A model generated the notes under the pieces. It was not told where the DNA came from and ran no database searches. It saw only the letters and a list, made by a program, of their open reading frames with translations. Below, piece by piece: positions 11,485 to 21,614 of a stretch of 64,000 nt of DNA. The stretch is from Nemertoderma westbladi. Taxonomy: Eukaryota; Animalia; Xenacoelomorpha. Numbering within the stretch: the first letter of the stretch is position 1; the number at the start of each line of letters is the position of its first letter. Made by a program: the position numbers and the translations under genes. Where the stretch lies: positions 1-64,000 of the forward strand of contig JAUCBJ010009123.1 of NCBI GenBank assembly GCA_032718475.1, written 5' to 3'.

Positions 11485-12687
11485 ATGTCATCTGAATATG
11501 CGAGAATGTGTCGTCCGAATCTGTACTCAACTCGAACAATAGAGGGAACCATGATATCGTTGCTAAGACTATTTCTTCTGGAACACCGATGGCGGGATGC
11601 GACTGCGATAGTTGGCACCATGGCTGCGGACTATAGACCACGGTTCAGCATACCAATAGCGAGCGCGGCCCTCACCATCGCCGTGAATAACCGCGAACAA
11701 TTCGACGTGACCGCTGTTATCGAGGAAGTAGGTAGAATGTACGGCGTTTACCCTGAGTTTGCGACCCTGTCTTTAGTCCTTTACAGCATGTTGGTTGGAG
11801 ATGACGAAACCGTTAAAGTTGCCCGCAACACCCATCTATGGTCTAGTAGACTTTGCAACGAGAAGGTCATCTTCACAGTCAATGTCCACAAACAACTTAT
11901 ATCGGGGTACAGCGCGTTGCCTAGTTACTGGAAGTGGAAGGGCATAGTGGACAAATCTCGCGTCAAGAGTATTTCCTTCCAAGATCAATCCGATCGAAAA
12001 TCCCTCGCAGACGAAGTGGTGGGAAAGCTAGTTAGTTTGCTGATGGATCCTGCAGTCGATTTCCTTGTCGATGTATTTGTTGACAAACTTGTTGCCGTAG
12101 TAACCAGTAGTGAAGGAGCTGAGTACAAAGCGAGAGTGGAAGAGGCGTTGATTGAATACCTGGAGAGGAAACCCAATGATGTTCGAACGTGGGAGAAAGT
12201 TATTGAGATAACCGATCGTGTTATTGCCATAGAAGTAGCCGCTAAGGTTATTCTAGAACATTCACCATCACACCATTTGGTTCCCGACCTGTGCCACAGA
12301 CTGGCCTCCAAGGGTTTCTACCGACAGTCCCTGACGTCCGCCATGGTCTACCTGGACTTTCATCCTCTTAGTCGCCGGGGTTGGGAACTAATCGATACCG
12401 TTCTGGTCGGATTAGCCGACCAGTGGCATCATTTAGAGAAACCGGAAAGGTCGGAAATCAGAGACTTGCGGAAAAGCTTCCGTAAATATTGGCCGCGGTT
12501 CCATTTCCCGAAGTTTCCGGATTTTGACGACCGACTTTTGCGAGAGAAGAGTCGCGCTGCCGTGTTTATTTTCGGCGGTAAAACGAACAAGATGATTTAT
12601 AATTTGTCGTCTTTGGGAGACGTCGAGGGGATGGATATATATGAGTTGAGGGACTTCCTTAGTCGACTTCCCTACGGACTTCCTTAG
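11485..12687 (+). CDS. TAF1A: TATA box-binding protein-associated factor RNA polymerase I subunit A (SL1/TIF-IB subunit), single coding exon
   Basis: 400-aa ORF with a TPR-like helical composition. N-terminal LLEHRWRDA resembles TAF1A LLKHQWQQA. The C-terminus has YLDF...W and RKYWPRFHF...EKSRAAVFIFG, resembling the TAF1A WWPGFHF...EKAFVAGLLLG motif. Confidence 0.75.
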   Translation: MSSEYARMCRPNLYSTRTIEGTMISLLRLFLLEHRWRDATAIVGTMAADYRPRFSIPIASAALTIAVNNREQFDVTAVIEEVGRMYGVYPEFATLSLVLYSMLVGDDETVKVARNTHLWSSRLCNEKVIFTVNVHKQLISGYSALPSYWKWKGIVDKSRVKSISFQDQSDRKSLADEVVGKLVSLLMDPAVDFLVDVFVDKLVAVVTSSEGAEYKARVEEALIEYLERKPNDVRTWEKVIEITDRVIAIEVAAKVILEHSPSHHLVPDLCHRLASKGFYRQSLTSAMVYLDFHPLSRRGWELIDTVLVGLADQWHHLEKPERSEIRDLRKSFRKYWPRFHFPKFPDFDDRLLREKSRAAVFIFGGKTNKMIYNLSSLGDVEGMDIYELRDFLSRLPYGLP

Positions 12688-12875
12688 TCGACTTCCCTAC
12701 GGACTTCCTTAGTCGACTTCCCTACGGACTTCCTTAGTCGACTTCCCTACGGACTTCCTTAGTCGACTTCGCTACGGACTTCCTTAGTCGACTTCCCTAC
12801 GGACTTCCTTAGTCGACTTCCCTACGGACTTCCTTAGTCGACTTCCCTACGGACTTCCTTAGTCGACTCCCTTAG
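12651..12875 (+). repeat. 25-bp minisatellite (GGACTTCCTTAGTCGACTTCCCTAC, ~9 copies) overlapping the TAF1A stop codon
   Basis: Near-perfect tandem copies read directly. The ORF stop (12685-12687) lies in copy 2. Confidence 0.95.
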
Positions 12876-13788
12876 GGGACTTCATTTCGGTGGGTAAATA
12901 ATACGAAGCGGAATTAACGTATGTTACCAAACAGAGAGAGAAAATTAAAACATTGATCAAATGTATTGAGTCATTATATAAACTTACTTTATAAACTCTT
13001 TAATTAATTTTATAAACATTCAAAGATTATATTTGCTGCGAGAAGTAAAATAACTGTGAATAAAACAAGTCATTACAATAAATATGAGAAGTAATGTGAT
13101 ACTGAAAATAACAATAAATTAAATATTATCGCGGAACATCCAATGGAGTGAAGCCTGGACACCGAATTCAACACAATAATTTAGTTTGGGATATAAAGTT
13201 GGTTTGGGGCCGTGTAATTAATTTTACCACTCCTGGGAGGAGTTTATTACGCGTGTTTCAGTTACCAAGACTGATTGGCTGACAAAGACCAATTGATCGA
13301 ACTATGGGATCTTTACATTTATTATTGTGTCCCCTGAATATAACGATAAAGTAGTCCCCCAACTACGTTCACTATTTACATACTATGTGTGTAAAGTAGC
13401 ACTTTACAGTGTGATGATCCGAGTGGCTTTGTTACACGAACGAACGTTAGTGAGTGAGTGAAAATAAAGCCACGAGGATCAGAACACTGTAAAGTACTTT
13501 GCAACAAGTATGTATGTAGTTTTATTTCAAAATTTTAACATTACAAAATGATTGTACATGTACATATACATTATAAGTGATAGAAACTGCACAAATTAAA
13601 TTAGTTGCTGTATAAATAAATGTAAAAATTACATAAATTATGTTATAAATAAGTTAGCTTATATTTATGGTGGTATTTGGAGCCATGTTACAATAATATA
13701 GCTAGGTCCTACTGGTTATTAATAGCTATACCCCACCTACCGGTAGTTAATGCTGTAGGCCTATCTGGCTGTCAGGCAAATTTCCACC

Positions 13789-13879
13789 TATTGTTTACGT
13801 GGTATCCAATGACAGCGTTAAGTAATGTCCCCTTAGTGGAAATTACTTAACGCCGTCATGGGTTACCATGTAAACAATA
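13789..13879. repeat. ~90-bp hairpin/palindrome
   Basis: TATTGTTTACGTGGTATCCAATGACAGCGTTAAGTAAT pairs with ATTACTTAACGCCGTCATGGGTTACCATGTAAACAATA with about 4 mismatches and a ~15-nt loop. Confidence 0.7.
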
Positions 13880-14289
13880 ACACCAAATACAGTACAATAC
13901 TAAATATACAGGCCAATACAATGCTGTAATGTCCTCTAAAGTTTTAAAGTGCTAAATAACAACTCGCTGTTAATACTAACGGCGTTGAGTAATGTTACAA
14001 TTTTGGAATAAAAATTATTTATTAATCGCGAATAAATAACGAATGGGAAACATTGACTTGTCATAAAGCCGAACTAAGCCTCTTTCCTAAAACAATCAAA
14101 ATATTTTTCATAACGCGTTTATATAATAATTTATTATTGTTATAATATTTACGCATTTAAAAAATATCTATCTCTAAGATACAATAACAAATACATTTAA
14201 AAAACAAGGTAATGAGTGTATTGATTGCTTTTTCAAATAAATAAATTATGTACAAGTGAGTTTAATAATAATATCAGCGTATCAAATGA

Positions 14290-16269
14290 TCAAAGTAATG
14301 GTTCGCAACTCCAAGCGATGGCGCTACCGGGCCACTTAGTACGCAGGACATTCTCCAGGGGCGGGGCGTCTGTTTCCGATGAGACTGAAAGAGCCGTGGT
14401 CGTGTCAATCATTAGCTCAATCGGCTCGTCCTGATTGCCCAACTGGTCGTAGTAGATCAACATAAACCGGCGTTCCGACTTCCAGTCCGATAAGAGTGTT
14501 CGATCGGCGCAGAACACCACGGTAAAGTGAGACTCGCAGTTAATCACCCAGACAGGGACTTTAGGAGTCTTGTAGTAAGTTCCCACCTTCATAGAGTTGT
14601 AATGTTCGAAGAGCGTAAGAAACCCGATGTCGTTACGGGAAGAGATACCGTTGAGCACCATGGCAACATCCGTACCGTCATTGAGTTCTGTGGTATCGTT
14701 GAAGGTGTTGCTGACAGCGGCGCCACTCAGCAACAGATTGACGAGCTCCATGGAGGTGTAACTGAACCGAGTTATCAGACTGAGTCCCGCCCGTTCGGTG
14801 GGGTCGCAGTCCTCTCGTACCCGATTCACCCCGCGGGTCAACACAGCGCTCAACGCGATCGACAAGACCCCCGGCGTGTTAGAGCTCAACAGCTGCGGCA
14901 TCGCTCGTCGCAGGAACGCCACTAAATCCTTCCGAGTCGCCACCTCGTTCACCACCAGGTACTCGGTGATCCCGTCGGCTCGGAACCGAGCCGAGCCGCC
15001 CAGATGCTTCCGGGATCCAGGCAGCACCACCTTGCAGCCGCTATCATCGCCACAACGCCACAGCACCGCGGCTATGGCCTGGACTAACGCCTCGCTGAGG
15101 CGTGTGACGCTCGGTCGCAGTGTGGGGGACTCCGTGTCGAACAGTAAGTCGCGTATCAGTTCGGCCTGGAGCACGGCGATGGCACCGCAAGGTCCGCCTT
15201 TATTCTGCGTCAATCCGTAAGGAATCTTGGGATTAAACGAGAATCCCTGAAGAGTCCACGGAACAGGGAAACGGTTACTCGCTGAGCCCAGAAGGATGAC
15301 TTTAAGTGCAACGGCTTCCGTTTCAGTAACCGGACGACTTCGGACAGACGACAACGTCAAACGGGACAAATCGATTGTCCCGATAACTTCGTCTGCCTCA
15401 TCAACGTCATCCACTGTACAATCATTTGGAAGAACAACCGCGTTCGATTTAACTTTAGGACTTTCTTTTACTGATTTGTTTTTTATCGGTTTCTGTAATA
15501 AATCCGCTTTATTCTTTCCGGTTGGAACGTCAGTGTTGTCGTTCTCTTTGCTGTACTTCGAAACAAAATCCGGTCTGGTCGAAGATTCTTTGTGGCCATC
15601 GTTGTGCAGCAGGTGGTAGCGTTCTGCGTTGTTTTCAATAGGTTCCCCGTTCCCGTGGCGTTCCGATTTGCGTTCCGGTTTACCGGCCTCGGGAGATCGG
15701 TTGTTTATCGACGGCTTGAAACTGAACGTCTCGGAAACATGTTTCCCTCTCGGGGGATTCTCGATTGGTTTCGCAATGTTGGTTACCGCGAGGTTGGACC
15801 CGGTGAGAGTCGTAGAGAAACTTTCATCAACGTTTTCTATCTTACAATCGACACCTCCAATTCTCAGCGCTTTCAGTTTCGCTGTAGATGGTCTATCAAC
15901 TTTTTGCAGAAACTCAGAATCCACGTTATTCTTGTTTCCATGGCGCTTCTTGGCAACTTTATCCATTAGATGAACAACATCAATTGCTATCAAGTCAAAA
16001 TATTTTACCAAAAGTAAATCTAAAATGGAATCAAGTTTTATTTCGGTAGAAAGTTCCCGATTATCATCGTGTTCCTTGATTAAACTTAACAGACTCGACA
16101 GCATCTTAGAGTTGGTTATCTCTTTCTCACTTCTAGGGCACTCTTGGAGAAACATTTCATATGATCGATCTGCGTTATATCGCTTTAACATTTCCCGACA
16201 CAAACTCTTAGACAAACACGCTATGCAGTCTTTGTCAGCTTTAGAAAGGGTACGCATATTGGTTGGCAT
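14290..16269 (-). CDS. MINDY4: MINDY-family deubiquitinase 4 (FAM188B), single coding exon
   Basis: About 659 aa from the ATG at 16269. Catalytic Cys motif QNKGGPCGAIAVLQA and His motif CESHFTVVF. Also GFLTLFEHY, KVGTYYKTPKVPVWV, PPLENVLRTKWPG and the N-terminal SLCREMLKR...ECPRS motif typical of MINDY4. Confidence 0.9.
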   Translation of the reverse strand: MPTNMRTLSKADKDCIACLSKSLCREMLKRYNADRSYEMFLQECPRSEKEITNSKMLSSLLSLIKEHDDNRELSTEIKLDSILDLLLVKYFDLIAIDVVHLMDKVAKKRHGNKNNVDSEFLQKVDRPSTAKLKALRIGGVDCKIENVDESFSTTLTGSNLAVTNIAKPIENPPRGKHVSETFSFKPSINNRSPEAGKPERKSERHGNGEPIENNAERYHLLHNDGHKESSTRPDFVSKYSKENDNTDVPTGKNKADLLQKPIKNKSVKESPKVKSNAVVLPNDCTVDDVDEADEVIGTIDLSRLTLSSVRSRPVTETEAVALKVILLGSASNRFPVPWTLQGFSFNPKIPYGLTQNKGGPCGAIAVLQAELIRDLLFDTESPTLRPSVTRLSEALVQAIAAVLWRCGDDSGCKVVLPGSRKHLGGSARFRADGITEYLVVNEVATRKDLVAFLRRAMPQLLSSNTPGVLSIALSAVLTRGVNRVREDCDPTERAGLSLITRFSYTSMELVNLLLSGAAVSNTFNDTTELNDGTDVAMVLNGISSRNDIGFLTLFEHYNSMKVGTYYKTPKVPVWVINCESHFTVVFCADRTLLSDWKSERRFMLIYYDQLGNQDEPIELMIDTTTALSVSSETDAPPLENVLRTKWPGSAIAWSCEPLL

Positions 16270-16992
16270 GATGTCATAAATAGTCAACTCCAATATTTAA
16301 CTACCTGTGATTGAATTAAGAAGCGCAGAACCTTCACTCAGAAGAATGATTATTTATTTATCTCGAGCAATTTGCAATATATTACACTTGGTGGTTTGTT
16401 ACTTGATTGACGCGGCACTCAATTTCGGCACTAAATACAACATTAAGTGCAAGTAGCCCTACCTAGAAGCTAGAACCTACGGATAAGTACAAGTAGGCCT
16501 ACCTAGAAGCATTTGTAAGCAAGGATTTGTAAATATCGTCTCCCACAAACTAATGTATGCCACCTGTTCTGTTCTATTCACGAATATACGGTACGCTCAC
16601 ATCTTGCGCCTGTCATTGTGTATGCTGCAACTCAGCAACTGTTAAATTTACACAGAAGCGGTAAAAGGCGGGTAATTTATCTCTGTTGTACTTGTATATG
16701 TCGGTAGGTGCCAGAAAATCAACTGCAACCACAAAATACAAAGTTATGAGAAAACAGCAGCTACAGTAGCTGCATTGTTTGTAGGGTAGCTAGGCAACGG
16801 TGATCAGCTGGTAGCAGCTGTCCTTTTCGTTGTTTACCGGTACAGTTTTATTATTATTATCAGGTTATATTATTCCCTAAGTACTAGAAACTACGTCATT
16901 GCAGGTTTGATTATGATTATTATAATAAAGCTACCTGTCTGACCTGTTAATTGGAAATGCCATCTCTAACAACTCGAACATTATGTTCGCAG
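16270..16992. promoter_or_regulatory. Probable bidirectional promoter/5' UTR region between head-to-head MINDY4 and DCAF17
   Basis: The divergent start codons are only ~0.7 kb apart. No specific motif was verified. Confidence 0.5.
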
Positions 16993-18168
16993 ATGGAATA
17001 CAACGTGTGCTCTGCGTTGTTATGGCGACAGCATGGCGTAGGTCCTCGCAACCAGGAACGTGTGGTTCATAGCGCCCTCCGTCGCCTGGTGGCCACGTCG
17101 AGCCGATCGTACCGCAAGGTGGCGCAACTTAGCAGCACCCGGCGAATGGCTTACGACGACAGACTCCTGTTCATAGATAATTATCAGTGTGCGTACAGTC
17201 TGCATGGGGTGTGCCGTCAGCCGGTGCTGGTGTGTCGGTATCCTATGGTGGGAAGGACAGTAAGCGATGTGGCTGTGTGTCAGGGGCCGCATATAACCGG
17301 CAGTTATATTATAATATTAGACGACAATAATAACTTAATTCAATGCGATTTGTTATCAGGAAATGTAATGAAGAGAATAAAACTACCTAATCGATTTAAA
17401 TTTAAATATTTAAATTGGAACATTTATTTGGAGACGCTTGTAGCGTCCTCGACTTTGAGTAATGGCCGAGGGTATGCAATACTTAGGGCGGTTCCACTCA
17501 GCTTCCAATGCTACTTCGTATTGGCCGCGGATATTTGTCGTAATCTGTCAATCTCCGACAACATGCTGACTTCGGAGAATAACAAACGTGTTGAAATTTA
17601 CAGTTTAGAACGGTTGCTAGGCGATGAGAGTTCACTTAACAATCTCGAGTCAACCAATGGTGACTCATTGCAACTCCAATCACATAACCTTATTGAGCCG
17701 CTAACAAGGACTATTAGTAAGTTAAGAGATCCTTTGTTTGAGACCCAATGTGGCGGAGGATATTGCGTCATAGGAGACTCACCTCCATTCCACTACATAG
17801 TGCGCTCTTTAGACCCAGGAGATGACTCATTCTACATACGTTGTCTCCATAATTCCTACTGCGTTGGCGTTCTAGAATGCGAACAGCGCCATCTAGCAGC
17901 AGGTGATCACTCTGCTTTGTTCCATCAGGACGATTCCGGTAGGGTTATCCACCAAACTCCGTACGCCGTCAACGTATACTGTATCGATAGTTCCCAACGG
18001 CAGTGCTGTCGACTCCGACTGCTGTACTCGGTAGACGTCAGTAGCGGCTACCAGCCACCCGATGCAGTGCAGACCCGTTCCGGCCGACAGGTGGTCCGAC
18101 CAACCATGTACACTAGCTCCTCCGACATCGAGCCCATCCACTCATTTAATTCCGAGGATGAGTTACAG
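16993..18168 (+). CDS. DCAF17: DDB1- and CUL4-associated factor 17, coding exon 1 (alternative ATG at 16957)
   Basis: NVCSAL...LRRLV...MAYDDRLLFIDNYQC, FKFKYLNW, ALFHQDDSGRVIH and TRSGRQV...EDELQ match recalled DCAF17 motifs. The donor CAG|GTTAGA at 18168/18169 is phase 0. Confidence 0.85.
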
Positions 18169-18454
18169 GTTAGAAACTTCCAATTATTTTTCCCCCAATC
18201 AGTGCAATAACTCAAATTATTTATATATTAGCACAAGATACAGGAACCTCCGCGATTTTTAGATTAAACTCAGCTGTTGTATTTGCCTATTTTGTATTAA
18301 CCCGTCATTTTTAGGAAAATAAGTTGACTTTGTTTCACTTCCATCTATTTGTTTGTAGGAATAAAATCCAAAACGTGAGTATTGAATCGGTTAATTTTGA
18401 GAAATGATATCTACAGTATTTACATCATTGGTTGAAAAGTAACTCTTTTCAACT

Positions 18455-18605
18455 GGGATGGCATAACGAAACGAAACTAAAGAAATTTAAATTTCGCTTC
18501 GTTTTCATAAATTTAGTTTCTTCATTTTTTCCACTCCAGTGAAATATTCGTTTCGTTTTTTATCAATCTATAAAAAAAAATTGGTCTTAGTCGTTTCGTT
18601 TCATA
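18455..18605. mobile_element. Small degenerate MITE with AACGAAACGAAACTAA/TTAGTCGTTTCGTT ends
   Basis: Inverted CGAAA/TTTCG subrepeats at both ends. Confidence 0.4.
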
Positions 18606-18974
18606 CATTTTAAGAGTTAATATTTTTTAAGAGTTCTAGAGTTAATATACGGAAATAATAACCTGAAGCGAATAAAGCTGAATAATCACTGATGCCGTTC
18701 CAGAAGCAAATTAACCTGTATAATTACCGAGGCCGCAGGCCGAGGTTAGGTTAATTTGCTGAAGGATAAGGCAGAGGTGATAATTACAGTTTTATTCGCT
18801 TCGGGTTATTATTTCCGTATTATTAACTCTAGGATATTGCAATATTGCTTTATTGTTAATTAGAGCATATTGAACATAATAACAGCATTATTTATGTATT
18901 TAAATACATTTTTACAAGGATAATGTTCTAGGTAATACAACAGGCATGTTCATTACTTTCTGGCGATTTTAAGT

Positions 18975-19210
18975 CCCACCTTGCGTAGCGGTTAATTCCA
19001 TCGCCATAGATTTACATCCCTCCAGAGGTCGTGGGTTCTACCCCTCCAGGCGGGCCAGGATAGTTTTCGTTTTGGCATAAATGCTTTAAATGGGTTAGCC
19101 AGAGCGGATCTCTGCTTTCTTATATCTTCCTTAGACTTCGTTAAATGAGTACCACTTATCTCTAGGGAGTATAGTGCTGGGGGGACTATACTGGAAATGA
19201 GTCGTGAGAC
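18975..19210 (+). mobile_element. Degenerate tRNA-derived SINE embedded in element copy 1
   Basis: GGTCGTGGGTTCTACCC B-box-like head, AGTTTTCGTTTTGGCA and TAAATGAGTACC. Homologous to 33845-34100 and 44255-44490. Confidence 0.55.
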
Positions 19211-19610
19211 GATCTTTTCTATTTTTTCTTATTTGTTATAAAAGCCTTTCCTTGTATTTTTCCGTTTCCGCACTCATTGCATCTAACATAAAGGTTGGGA
19301 CGACTAAATCTGTGCAACCTTTTTTTAATATGTAGCTACGATTTTACTATATAGTCAATTTAATAATGACATTAATAAAATGACAAACAACGGAACGACC
19401 TTAAGTTTATTTTTCTTGCCGTTTATATCTAATTTAATGAGGTCGGATCGCTTTTAGTAAAGTCAGTTTGTAATAATAATAAACTTCCTTACGAATGCTG
19501 CAGTAGAATTCAATGTGAGATTCAGTCATTCTCATTGAGATGGACATTTCTTTTAACGGCGCGGCGATATGTTTGGTATATTTGCCGTACCATAGGATTA
19601 TACATTAAAT

Positions 19611-20762
19611 TGTATGAATATACTATAAAATATATATTCTGTATGAATATACTATATAATATATTTTCTGTATGAATATACTATAAAATATATTTTCTGT
19701 ATGAATATACTATAAAATATATTTTCTGTACGAATATACTATAAAATATATTTTCTGTACGAATATACTATAAAATATATTTTCTGTACGAATATACTAT
19801 AAAATATATTTTCTGTATGAATATACTATAAAATATATTTTCTGTATGAATATACTATAAAATATAATTTCTGTACGAATATACCATAAAATATATTTTC
19901 TGTATGAATATACTATAAAATATATTTTCTGTACGAATATACTATAAAATATATTTTCTGTATGAATATACTATAAAATATATTTTCTGTATGAATATAC
20001 AGTACTATAAAATATATTTCCTGTACGAATATACTATAAAATATATTTTCTGTACGAATATACTATAAAATATATTTTCTGTATGAATATACTATAAAAT
20101 ATATTTTCTGTACGAATAAACTATAAAATATATTTTCTGTATTCGAATATACTATAAAATATATTTTCTGTATGAATATACTATAAAATATATTTTCTGT
20201 ACGAATATACTACCGGTATAAAATATATTTTCTGTATGAATATATTATAAAATATATTTTCTGTATGAATATACTATAAAATATATTTTCTGTACGAATA
20301 TACTATAAAATATATTTTCTGTATGAATATACTATAAAATATATTTTCTGTACGAATATACTATAAAATATATTTTCTGTATGAATATACTATAAAATAT
20401 ATTTTCCGTATGAATATACTATAAAATATATTTTCTGTATGAATATACTATAAAATATATTTTCTGTATGAATATACTATAAAATATATTTTCTGTACGA
20501 ATATACTATAAAATATATTTTCTGTATGAATATACTATAAAATATATTTTCTGTATGAATATACTATAAAATATATTTTCTGTATGAATATACTATAAAA
20601 TATATTTTCTGTATGAATATACTATAAAATATATTTTCTGTATGAATATACTATAAAATATATTTTTTCTGTATGAATATACTATAAAATATATTTTCTG
20701 TATGAATATACTATAAAATATATTTTCTGTATGAATATACTATAAAATATATTTTCTGTATG
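19611..20762. repeat. 29-bp AT-rich satellite, left block (~40 units)
   Basis: Unit TATTTTCTGTAYGAATATACTATAAAATA. Confidence 0.97.
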
Positions 20763-21356
20763 CGCCAGACCCCCTATGGGTGTCTAGCATGGCCTGTGGA
20801 TATATGGGGTGAAGGATGAACCGGTCGGCAGTCAGGATGCCTATTCATTCTGGCTTAGAGATAAAGGACTCTGTACCCGTCTCCATTCTGTCCAGCTATC
20901 TGCCTGTCTGCACTTCCCGCAGTACAGCAGTGCCGGTACTCGTCGGGCTGTCAGGTACAGATACCGTACCTCGCGCTGACAGTCTCCCCGGCAACCCGGC
21001 CTATCTACCTGGCCGTGTAGTACCAGTATCTAGCCGGTATCTACCAGCCGGTATCTACCAACCGGTATCGCTACGTACCCATTACAGCATTACCCGCCTA
21101 CCTGGCCTACCTACCTGGCCGGGCGTCCGCCAATACATTGCCCTACCTATATACTGACTGACTGACGTACCGGTACACTTTACCTGCTTTGTGTTATATA
21201 TATACATATATATCTATATATTCCTATCGTTGTGTTCTGGTGTTGTGAACTGATATGCCCTTGCTTGAATCATATATATCAGTATATAGTAAGCCTATGT
21301 AAAGGAACTATATCTATATCGTTTTATACCGCCTCAGATACACTTCCACTCTGGCG
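20763..21356 (+). repeat. 5' LTR (594 bp)
   Basis: CGCCAGA...TCTGGCG terminal inverted repeat. No difference seen from the 3' LTR, and the ORF track gives the same 113-aa translation in both. Confidence 0.95.
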
Positions 21357-21369
21357 TGGTGGCAGCGGT
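21357..21369 (+). other. Primer binding site complementary to the 3' end of tRNA-Leu
   Basis: TGGTGGCAGCGGT is the reverse complement of ACCGCTGCCACCA, the metazoan tRNA-Leu(AAG/TAG) 3' end including CCA. It abuts the LTR directly. Confidence 0.85.
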
Positions 21370-21614
21370 CTCGGAAACGAATCCCAATCACAACGGTAAA
21401 CTACTTTACTCGTACGGCACCCTACCTGCCTACGGTAATAGGCCTATCGGTATCGTAAACGCGGGTACCGGATCGGTACTTGCACTGACTGACTGAAATA
21501 CTGAAATAGACCACTATACGTTGATCAAACTTCCGGTACGCATTACTTCTGTACTTACTGCCTTTGATTATCTGTGTATTTCTGAAGTTCAAATATTCTA
21601 CATTTTATATTCTG

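Noticed and set aside
682-16279. Antisense and overlapping short ORFs within MAP3K4, TAF1A and MINDY4 (likewise in gag-pol and DCXR)
   Set aside because: Shadow frames of real CDSs with no recognisable motifs.
18169-18210. Last 13 codons of the 419-aa ORF as the true DCAF17 C-terminus
   Set aside because: Similarity to DCAF17 stops at a good splice donor and resumes at 37228.
20816-21157. 113-aa ORF present twice (also 26788-27129)
   Set aside because: It lies within the LTRs, so the duplication is explained by LTR identity. No recognisable domain.
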